From assembly GCA_043799545.1 (NCBI GenBank), contig JAZDNO010000006.1, forward strand, positions 128,001 through 192,000: 64,000 nt of DNA. Direction: 5' to 3'. The position numbers and the translations under genes are program-made. Each line of letters starts with the position of its first letter. The first letter of the stretch is position 1. Source of the stretch: Methanobacteriota archaeon (GTDB lineage Archaea; Thermoplasmatota; Thermoplasmata; SG8-5; DAIRED01). The notes beneath the pieces are model-generated. The model saw only the letters and a list, made by a program, of their open reading frames with translations. It was not told the DNA's origin and made no database searches. Below are positions 28,501-35,656 of the stretch, piece after piece.

Positions 28501-31500
28501 ACCGTACCGCCGTCGCCCATCGAACCAGGGCCCGCCTGAGTGCCAGACTGCGTAGTACCAAGCGAGTAGGCGGTCAAACCGTTCACATTCGCCTCCAAAT
28601 TCACGCCTCTCATGTACCTAGTCTCTGTGACCGTCGCCAATGGAGCCGGCCCCGGGAAGGCCCGCGTCCCAGGCTGCGGACCGGAAACGCCCTGCGTCCC
28701 CGGCGGAGGGTTGCCCGAGCGGGTGATGTTCTGGCCGGAGAGCTGGGTGGATATCTGGGAGAATATAAACTGGAAGATGGTGCTCAAGTTGCTGCTCGCA
28801 GCTTCATAGAAGTACTGGCCGTGAATGCCTTTCTGGACGGATGTATTGGCTATCTTCCAGAGGTCGTATTCGGTTGTGAACGGCGCCCATGCCTCTGTCA
28901 TTGTTGGCGAGTGCGGGTTGACTCCTAGCCCCACGGTGTAGACGATTGCGGGGGCGTAGATGAGGCCGGTTCTCGACTGTCCTGCCACGTTTGTGGTGAC
29001 GTCGTACACGTCAGGGTTGTCGGGTTCTCCGTTGCCGCTGTCGGCGGTGTTTATATCCGACCAAGCGTACGCCCCTGCCCTGTACCGGTAAACATCGTGT
29101 CCGTTCGTTCCATCTACGTTGTCATAGCGAACCGTCGTGTCCCCCCATTTAAGACCGGCTGCGCGTCCCCACGAGGATGTCGACCACAAACTCCCGACCT
29201 CGGAGCCTGGGCAGTAGTACTCGCTCCCCTCTTCGTTATTGTCACCGCCCCACCCATCATCTGGACCGTAGTCGTCCCCGTCCGTCAGTGCAACGAGCAC
29301 CTGTACATAATCTGAGCCAGCAGTTCCTGTGGCTCTTGGATTGTTCTTAACGTAGTTTAAGGAAAAACCTATAGTGTCCCAGATGGGGGTATAGGTGTTT
29401 GTGAAAAAAGCAGCGTTGTCGATTGTGGTGTTGAACGATGTTCTGTTGGCCTGCACCATCCAGGCGAAGGTTCTGGCTTGATTGTATGTGGGGTCGCCAT
29501 CCGTAGTCTGGAAGTTATACAGGGTGCACCGATCCGTCGAGCCCAGCTTCGCTATAAAATCCTTAGCAGCGTTCCTTGCATTGGTGAAATCAGTACCACT
29601 CATACTTCCACTCGAGTCTATAACTATCGCAACATCCATCGGTACTCTTGTCGTAGTCGTTGTTGTCGTACTCCCCGCCGGCTCCTGCAGCCAGTACGAC
29701 TTGTCGAAAGTGTGGTAGAAGCCCGCGTCCGTGCTGTTCGTCACGTTAGTGTAGGGCAGCCCAGTGAGCGGGTTGACGAGGGCGCGGTCCCAGTCCTTCT
29801 CGATGTTCATCGAGACCACGGTCCCGGAGATGTAGTCCAGCGGCTGCTCGCCGTTGATGAGCGTGACGGTGCTGTCGTGGTTCCATTTCGACTCGCCGTT
29901 CTCCATGTCGTCGTAGAAGAAGTAGACGTAGGTCGGGTAGGAGATGAGATTGTTGAACCACTCGATTATCTCCCCGGTCTCGTTTATCGGGTCCACCAAC
30001 ACATACAGGGTGCGCTGCCCCGCGAAGAGCGGCGTCCAGATGACCTCCGCGGTCGTGAAGCCGGCGGGCGACACGGTTATCGAGTCCGAGCCTATCTGGG
30101 TCGTCCCGTCCATGAAGCGCACCAGCGCGTTCCCGCTCGTTCCGCCGGTGTTCTGCACCTTCGCCTGGAGCACGTACGAGTCGCCGAGCTGCGGGTTGAC
30201 CGCGGCTCCGGACGCGACCTTGACGCCGTCTATGAAGAAGTCCGTGAGGGCCGTGCGAAGCTCCACCCGGAGCTCCGGCAGGCCGAACCAGCGCAGCACC
30301 ATCTGCGCGAGCTCGGCGCTCGCGTTCGCGTTGCCCGGGAACTCCGAGGAGCCGTTGAGGTCCTGGAACGAGAACGATGTAGTCACTGACTTGAAGCCGC
30401 CCGTCGAGATGTTTACGGCGTTGAACCAGGACCCGTTGTAGGGGAACATCCCCCTCGCCAAAAACGTCGGGAAGATGGCCTGGCTGGTTCCGGCCTTCAG
30501 CCTGTACGACGTGCCGTGGGTGATGTTGTGGCCGTCCACCCCCGCTAGGGACGCGGGCGCGACCACCGCCGCGGCCGATGCAACCCCCAGGTAGTTCTGC
30601 TGGAAGACGCTGGCCCCGGTGTTCAGGCAGTTCCTTCCGACCAGCCAGAGGCATCCACTGTTGTTCAGGTAGGCGCCGAGGTTCGTCGTGTCAGCAGGCA
30701 GCAGCGGGTTCGCCGCGTTTCCCGTGGACCATATCACCACGTTGAAGTCCTTCATGTAATCAAAGATTGGTCCGGGCTGGCCCGGGAGGACGGACCACGA
30801 CTCGTTGAAGTGGCCGAGGCGCGTGAGCGCGTTCCTGATGGCGGTCGTCTCGTTCCCTGGCGCAATGTCCGTCTCGTCGTCGTCTACGACAAGTATGCGG
30901 AACTGGACGTTGATTGTTCCCGAGGCGAGATAGTTAGACACTACGTTGTTGTTCTCGTTGGTCTCCGTAATCAGCTTGTCGGGGTCGACTTCGAGGACTA
31001 TGGTGTGGTACCCGACCAGTACGGGCGTCCAGACGAACGGCCCGACAGAAATCCAGTTCGAGCCGATCGTGTTGCTCACGGTAATCTGGATGTCCGGGAT
31101 GATGCCCTGGTCGTTCAGGGGCATGCCGTTGTAGTAGATTGTGAGCCTCACGGACGAAGTTTCGAGCTGCATTCCGTTGTTGCGGACTATGCCGGAGATT
31201 TGGACGGGCTGGCGGTAGTAGACGACGTCTTTATCTATGGTCTGTTCGGATATGGCGAGGTCCCGCCCGAAGGAGGTGTTGATGTTGCCGAGCCAGCGTA
31301 TCACCTGGTAGGCGAGCTGAGCCTGGTCTGACGTGTCTTTAATCCTGGAGAACGCCCAGGGAGTGAAGTACGTTCTGGTGTTGTTGTTGATGTCGAATCC
31401 GACTCCGTAGCAGTCGCCGGTCGAGGTGTTGACCAGGGAGTTGAACGACCTGGGGTCTGCCCCCTTGTTGATCGCCCAGCCGTTCGTGAAACCCGTCTTG

Positions 31501-33188
31501 CGCGTGACGATGTCTATGCCGCCCCCGTTGAGGTATCCTGTCACGTTGTCCGACGGGCTCCCGCACGTGAGGTAGGTAGCCATCGAAGTCCTGTTTATCG
31601 CCCCGCCGCCTATGCTGAGGTTGGACTGCAAGAACGCGTTGATGCCCGGGTTGGCGGTGTCTGCGAGGATTCCCTGGCCTATCAGCCAGAGGCTGCCGGG
31701 GTTTAGACCGACTCCGAGGAACCTCTTGAGGTTGGTAACATCGTTGCTCGTGAGGGTGTTCCTCGTCGAGTAGCCAGTCATCCACACGACGACGTCGTAG
31801 TTGACCATCTTGAAGTCCCCTGTGCTATACCCCGGCCCGTCGCCCACGGCGACGCTGGTGAAGTCGTAGTCGAAGTTGCCCGCGGACAGCGCCGCCCTCA
31901 TGAAGCTCGACGTGTCCTGGTCGGTTTTGTCGTTCGGGTAGCCGTCGTCGTCGACCACCAGTATCGTCGGCTGCACTGTGACCGTGATGTTTGCCTCGTG
32001 GTTGGTGAGGTCCTCATCCGGCACGCCCGGGTCTGGGATGAGTTCGACGACCAGCCTGTGCTCCCCGCCGTACGCTGGAATCCAATCGTGCGCGGTCACA
32101 TCCGTGCTGCCGCCGTTCGGCGGAACCTGGACGAAGCTGATGTTGTCTATGATGTTCTTCGGGTTTGACCTGAAATTCGCCTCCGTCGTGTTGTCCCAGA
32201 ATACGACGGATATCATCGCCCCCTCTGCTCCCCAGTTGTATATCGTTGCAGTGATCTCGGCCTTCTTGTTGTGGACTAGCGAGCCGTACCCGAATGTGAT
32301 GTTGGTGTCGTTGTACCAGCCAGGCGGTCCGGTCGGCCTCTGCACTATCGCCAGCTCGGACTGCCCGGTGAAGTCCCCGCCCAGGGGGAGGTAGACGACC
32401 TTGCTGGAATGGGCTCCGTCGATATCTGTGGCATTGAATGTGGCCGGGTGCATCCCGCGCTGGTAAAGGGCGCTGTCATACGGACCGGTCGCGGTGCCGG
32501 TGAATGTTCCGTCCTGGTCCGGGTCGCTGAGATGGACCTCGCCAGCTCCAAAATAAGTCATGTCAGCCCAAACGGTCGAGGGGTTCAGGTTGCCGTCGAA
32601 GTCGACGACCCTGACCGAGATTGTGAATTCCGCACCGTACTGGATGAAATTGTGGTCGAGGTCGTCGAACCTGGATGTGACGCTCGCCGACATTATCACC
32701 GGCGGGTAGTTGCGCGCGCCGGTCGGCTTCAGATCGGCCTGCCAGACGATTGCGCTCCTGTCCTCGGCGACTATCAGGACCGAAACTCGGGAGGAGGCGT
32801 CGATTACCCCGGCCCCGATTGTGTAATGCCAGGTCTCGCCAGTTTCCCAGTCCTCGTCCCCGTCGCCGTCGATGCCGGGCGTGGTCCTGTGCGAGCTGGA
32901 TGTGTCGCCGATGATGAGCACGATGTCCGTCCACGTACCCATGAGGACTATTCCTCCCTTGTTGGTGACGTTGACGTAGGCCCCCTGGGTCCAGTCCCCG
33001 GGGGAGACCTCCTCAAGGGTCCCCTCCAGGGACGTGTTCACGCTCGCCGTGGGCGTCGGGATGTTCCCGACCATGAATATGACCCCCGAGAACAGGACCA
33101 CGGTTATCGCCAATATCAGCAAGGTCCCTACGACTTCCGAGACACCCTTCTTGTTCCACATGCGCTTGTTGTCAAAATGCCCGCTCAT
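25521..33188 (-). CDS. giant type IV pilin-like adhesin A (about 2555 aa): CARDB, vWA, Ig-like and jelly-roll (MAM-like) domains
   Basis: KKG|VSEVVGTLLILAITVVLFSGV class III signal. MIDAS DSSGS near 29610. PPNAPSNPSPADG and two PSNGATG Ig-like starts. Paralogous to adhesin B. Start could be 33197, 33194 or 33188 (SD GGGGTGA favours 33188). Confidence 0.9.
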   Translation of the reverse strand: MSGHFDNKRMWNKKGVSEVVGTLLILAITVVLFSGVIFMVGNIPTPTASVNTSLEGTLEEVSPGDWTQGAYVNVTNKGGIVLMGTWTDIVLIIGDTSSSHRTTPGIDGDGDEDWETGETWHYTIGAGVIDASSRVSVLIVAEDRSAIVWQADLKPTGARNYPPVIMSASVTSRFDDLDHNFIQYGAEFTISVRVVDFDGNLNPSTVWADMTYFGAGEVHLSDPDQDGTFTGTATGPYDSALYQRGMHPATFNATDIDGAHSSKVVYLPLGGDFTGQSELAIVQRPTGPPGWYNDTNITFGYGSLVHNKKAEITATIYNWGAEGAMISVVFWDNTTEANFRSNPKNIIDNISFVQVPPNGGSTDVTAHDWIPAYGGEHRLVVELIPDPGVPDEDLTNHEANITVTVQPTILVVDDDGYPNDKTDQDTSSFMRAALSAGNFDYDFTSVAVGDGPGYSTGDFKMVNYDVVVWMTGYSTRNTLTSNDVTNLKRFLGVGLNPGSLWLIGQGILADTANPGINAFLQSNLSIGGGAINRTSMATYLTCGSPSDNVTGYLNGGGIDIVTRKTGFTNGWAINKGADPRSFNSLVNTSTGDCYGVGFDINNNTRTYFTPWAFSRIKDTSDQAQLAYQVIRWLGNINTSFGRDLAISEQTIDKDVVYYRQPVQISGIVRNNGMQLETSSVRLTIYYNGMPLNDQGIIPDIQITVSNTIGSNWISVGPFVWTPVLVGYHTIVLEVDPDKLITETNENNNVVSNYLASGTINVQFRILVVDDDETDIAPGNETTAIRNALTRLGHFNESWSVLPGQPGPIFDYMKDFNVVIWSTGNAANPLLPADTTNLGAYLNNSGCLWLVGRNCLNTGASVFQQNYLGVASAAAVVAPASLAGVDGHNITHGTSYRLKAGTSQAIFPTFLARGMFPYNGSWFNAVNISTGGFKSVTTSFSFQDLNGSSEFPGNANASAELAQMVLRWFGLPELRVELRTALTDFFIDGVKVASGAAVNPQLGDSYVLQAKVQNTGGTSGNALVRFMDGTTQIGSDSITVSPAGFTTAEVIWTPLFAGQRTLYVLVDPINETGEIIEWFNNLISYPTYVYFFYDDMENGESKWNHDSTVTLINGEQPLDYISGTVVSMNIEKDWDRALVNPLTGLPYTNVTNSTDAGFYHTFDKSYWLQEPAGSTTTTTTTRVPMDVAIVIDSSGSMSGTDFTNARNAAKDFIAKLGSTDRCTLYNFQTTDGDPTYNQARTFAWMVQANRTSFNTTIDNAAFFTNTYTPIWDTIGFSLNYVKNNPRATGTAGSDYVQVLVALTDGDDYGPDDGWGGDNNEEGSEYYCPGSEVGSLWSTSSWGRAAGLKWGDTTVRYDNVDGTNGHDVYRYRAGAYAWSDINTADSGNGEPDNPDVYDVTTNVAGQSRTGLIYAPAIVYTVGLGVNPHSPTMTEAWAPFTTEYDLWKIANTSVQKGIHGQYFYEAASSNLSTIFQFIFSQISTQLSGQNITRSGNPPPGTQGVSGPQPGTRAFPGPAPLATVTETRYMRGVNLEANVNGLTAYSLGTTQSGTQAGPGSMGDGGTVYAGIRVYQRSSGGAETQITGAVSAIASVTANGAGIYSATWTPPSTGLASTDSIVVRVYADRNTNPPATLRATFTTEQLGASQLDNNMWTVRYYLIANSAGAGNDRIYWGITPYDTRIEGFRWTRPNLPPNAPSNPSPADGTVNVATTSALSWTCSDPDGDPLTYDVYLGTTNPPTVLVANDIAATTTSPALAASTLYYWYVIANDGSATTNGPVWAFATAVPSVGTYITYTYPSNGATGIAINAAVSVAFSVPMNIATVTYTCAPSPGGWAVSWSSGDTVATYTHANFDYAMLYTFTITGGSSKAGVPLSGGTSITLHATDFEAGWDGWSHGGTQDEWERGDPSDPGIAPHSGSNCLELDLNNNYDDDANNWLEQSFNLAGSSSTVMTFWNYFEFENNYDGGCVMVSNDGGTTWNLAAPNLPSQGWDASIDGNGDYNTKHGQSQGWTGDWGVWQQDTVDLSAYDGQSIIIRFWMSSDGSGNDDGWAIDDISIGGYSAAPNPFHFTTASGPTAPSIVYVSPSNGATGVGITTSIGIVFSKAMSTGTVAYTVNPNPGGLANAWTSGNTALTIAHTAFAYSTTYTVTVTAGSDSADGLPLTGTPYSWTFTTGAASSGGGGTGSSIPGLSPAGPNSNKSAVTKGMNLTNLETATLSFWHKYNMVPGVNGGVLMVGYKESAVGAWKWRYVVPSSAYTGNLRLFNGADAANVTARALRSDSMGTFMQWGWNGVSGRGTFAWEKVSVDLLPWVNQTGIAGYNPLSNVRVRFQYYQYGGGTGYGWYIDDVKVAVARGNAENVTADAWRLVTSGWAYGPGGTMLHTAHSGTYAWWNGDSATGYMKKGIDNSLMCGPIDLTNARSATLSAYFKFNINTADGAPPDGFRVEISKDNGLSWSAINLGVRAAWNVSGVEGDLSDGKDDTPDRSYSGIDSGNYWVSASSLTRLNVDLSSFGGNAIMLRFRMVTNSVAGYYAYKSNTVGFGGFYVDDVQVRGNTILG

Positions 33189-33225
33189 CGGCATCACCCC
33201 TAGCTATGGTACTCAAATCGGGCTC

Positions 33226-33237
33226 TATATATAAATA
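33226..33237 (-). promoter_or_regulatory. TATA box of the giant-pilin operon
   Basis: Minus strand reads ATATTTATATA about 30-45 nt upstream of the start. Confidence 0.6.
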
Positions 33238-33288
33238 TGTAAGGTGGTTATAATCAAGCAATAATCAGGAAAAGGGGTTTATTAGGTC

Positions 33289-34488
33289 TTATATCACGCG
33301 CTTTTTCGACACCTTTTTCACGGACACTGGAGGGGAGGATTCTATCTTCTCTCCGCAGGCGTAGCACATCACAGCGTCCTTGGCAATCATGGTCCCGCAG
33401 GACGGGCACGGTATCTCGTCGCCCTCGGGCGCCGCCTCCTCCTTCGGGGCCTCCTCGCCGCCCATCTTGGACCCGCAGGCGTAGCACATGACCGCATCCT
33501 TGGCGACCATCGTTCCGCAGGACGGGCAGGCTACCTCGTCGCCTGAAGCGGCAGCCTCCTCCTTGGCCGGCGCAGCGCCCATCTTCGCGCCGCAGGCGAA
33601 GCACATGACGGCGTCCTTGGCGACCATCGTTCCGCAGGACGGGCAGGCTATCTCGTCGGCGGACGGCTCCGGGGCCGGCGCGCTCTCCTCAAGCTTCACT
33701 TCGGGCTCTCTCTGACTTTCCGGCTCAGGCGCCCTCTTCGGAGCCGCTGCCGCCCCGCCGGCCTTAAGCTGCTCCTCGCGCTCGAGAAGCTGGCGCTCCT
33801 TTTCCATGAGGCGCTTGCCGTCGGCGATGATCTTCTGCTTCGAATCGTTGAGGGCGGCCTCTTCCTTGGCCAGCATCTTCTCGCGCTCGACAAGCTCCTT
33901 GGCCTTGGCCACGTACTTGTCTATCGTCTCCTTGACCTCGCTCTCCCTTGCGAGGAGGCCTTCCTCCCTCGAGACGATGGCGTTGCGCTTCTTCTGGAAG
34001 TCGGCGTGGTCTGCGCGCGCCCCTTCCTGTAGGGTGAGGACTTCCTTCTCGCGGTTGGCGACGTCCTTCTCCTTTGCGACGACCTTTCCCCTCTCGACCT
34101 CAACAGACGCGAGCTTCTGGGCCGCGTCCTCTTCGCGGGCCTTCAGGCCCTTCTCTGTCTGGGAGACCTTGAACTCGCGGTTTTTAATCTCGGTTTCCTT
34201 GGTCTGGATTGTGGACTTTTCTTTGGCCAGGGCTTCGGTGTCCTGGGCGAGCTTGCCCTGCTTGGACGAGAGATCCTTTTCCTTTTCCTGAATCTTGCCT
34301 TCCTGGTCCTTCAGGCCGGCCTCCTTCGAGGCCAGCTGGCTCTTCTCGTTCTCGAGCGCCGCCCGCTCGGATTCCAATCGCGCTTCAGTGTCAGCGATAA
34401 ACTGCTCTTTCTGGCGGAGCTCCTGGTCCTTCGCCTGAGCTGCTTCCGCCTGCTTCTTCATTATCTCCCAAATCGGTTCATCGGCCAA
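33289..34488 (-). CDS. long coiled-coil protein with three C-terminal Zn ribbons
   Basis: About 250 aa of E/K/A-rich heptads, then three copies of CPSCGTM(V/I)AKDAVMC(F/Y)ACG. TTG start with an SD-like GGGGT upstream. Confidence 0.85.
   Translation of the reverse strand: MADEPIWEIMKKQAEAAQAKDQELRQKEQFIADTEARLESERAALENEKSQLASKEAGLKDQEGKIQEKEKDLSSKQGKLAQDTEALAKEKSTIQTKETEIKNREFKVSQTEKGLKAREEDAAQKLASVEVERGKVVAKEKDVANREKEVLTLQEGARADHADFQKKRNAIVSREEGLLARESEVKETIDKYVAKAKELVEREKMLAKEEAALNDSKQKIIADGKRLMEKERQLLEREEQLKAGGAAAAPKRAPEPESQREPEVKLEESAPAPEPSADEIACPSCGTMVAKDAVMCFACGAKMGAAPAKEEAAASGDEVACPSCGTMVAKDAVMCYACGSKMGGEEAPKEEAAPEGDEIPCPSCGTMIAKDAVMCYACGEKIESSPPVSVKKVSKKRVI
33355..33657. repeat. three ~60-bp intragenic repeats (period about 117-120 bp) encoding the Zn ribbons
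   Basis: GCAGGCG(T/A)AGCACAT...GCAGGACGGGCA starts at 33355, 33475 and 33592. Confidence 0.9.
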
Positions 34489-34555
34489 GGAAATACCCCC
34501 GCGTTAACTAACTATACGCTGTCGCGAGGTATGAAACAGGCATTTAAGTATCTTA

Positions 34556-34669
34556 TGGTTCAAGCCCGGTCTGCGGCATGAAATAATTTGTCACAGCTAT
34601 CTATGGTGCAGGAGACTTGAACTTGCAGAACTTGTGATGGACGAAGGGCGAATCTTTCTGCGGTTCAAG
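34556..34669 (+). repeat. orphan diverged inverted copy of the tRNA-Phe 3' end plus fold-back array
   Basis: TGGTTCAAGCCCGGTCTGCGGCAT..CAGCTAT..GCAGGAGACTTGAACTTGCAGAA..TTCTGCGGTTCAAG aligns to the reverse complement of 1488-1606. Confidence 0.85.
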
Positions 34670-35378
34670 CGTTGGAATCGAAGATTGGTCCGAGGACCAC
34701 CATGCCTCCTTTCCCTATCTCCACCGCGTGGCGCTCCATGCTGTGCTGGCAGGCGCGCATCTTCTCGACCTGGAGGTACCTGGTGAGCTTCCCGCGCGTC
34801 CTGTCCAGGCCCAGGAGCATGATGCCGTCGACGAGGAAACCCTCGTTGCCAAGCAGCTGCGACTCGCCGCCGGGCGAGCGCTCCATGACGATGAAGCAGA
34901 CGAGGTTGTGGTCCCGCAGCATCTTGAAGAAGTAGAACATCCTCTTGCGCATGTTCGTGGCGTCCTCCATCAGGGAGTAGAGCGCGCCGAGCGAATCCAG
35001 CGTGAAAATGGTGAATCGGTCGCCGTGCTTCTTCTTGAAATGGACTATCATCTTCTCCAGGAAGGCCAGGTAATCGGTCTGCTCAACGGCGTCGGCCATC
35101 CGGTCAATCTCGCGCAGGTCCGTGAGATCGGAAATCTGCATGTTCTTCGTCAGGTGGATGCCGAGGCTCTCCATGTTGCGGACGTGGGAGTCGACCGTTT
35201 CCTCCATCGTGCAATAGAGGCCGAATTCGTTCGTCTTCTCCAGGTATTTGGACATCAGGGTGTAGCAGAAGCTGGTCTTCATCGAGCCCGGCGGACCGGT
35301 CACTAGAACGATTGACGGCGCCTTTATGTCGGTCCTGAAGACTTTGTCCAGTCCTTCGAGAGAGTCGCGGAACACCAT
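34665..35378 (-). CDS. KaiC/RAD55-family ATPase (single domain)
   Basis: Start MVFRDSLEGLDKVF at 35378 (the longer track ORF runs antisense through tRNA-Cys). Walker A variant GPPGSMKT, Walker B FTLDS, FLVDG, VEKMR. Confidence 0.88.
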   Translation of the reverse strand: MVFRDSLEGLDKVFRTDIKAPSIVLVTGPPGSMKTSFCYTLMSKYLEKTNEFGLYCTMEETVDSHVRNMESLGIHLTKNMQISDLTDLREIDRMADAVEQTDYLAFLEKMIVHFKKKHGDRFTIFTLDSLGALYSLMEDATNMRKRMFYFFKMLRDHNLVCFIVMERSPGGESQLLGNEGFLVDGIMLLGLDRTRGKLTRYLQVEKMRACQHSMERHAVEIGKGGMVVLGPIFDSNA

Positions 35379-35585
35379 AGGCTCCACCCCAAATCTTGGA
35401 AATGGGATATTGTTTGTCCCTCTTAATCTTATCGCCCCCGGCCCCAATACGGAAAATTTATGAAGGGGCGCACCATGGCAGTGATGCCACAGACTATACA
35501 GCACCGAGGTGACAGGAGCAACGAGGCAATCGTCAGGAAGCATTTTCTCGTTGCGACTGAACCTCGGCAGGGCAAATTGTATGGT

Positions 35586-35656
35586 GCCGAGGTGACAGAG
35601 TGGCCATGTGGCAGACTGCAGATCTGTACACGGGCGTTCAAATCGCCCCCTCGGCC
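35586..35656 (+). tRNA. tRNA-Cys (GCA)
   Basis: GCCGAGG-TG-ACAGAGTGGCCATGT-G-GCAGACTGCAGATCTGT-ACAC-GGGCGTTCAAATCGCCC-CCTCGGC-C folds as a cloverleaf with anticodon loop CTGCAGA. Confidence 0.93.

Noticed and set aside
1607-34555. Intact prophage or integrative element at tRNA-Phe
   Set aside because: No integrase, replication or virion genes. The tRNA-end copy is inverted rather than direct, and bulk GC matches the host. Kept only as an inversion or scar hypothesis.
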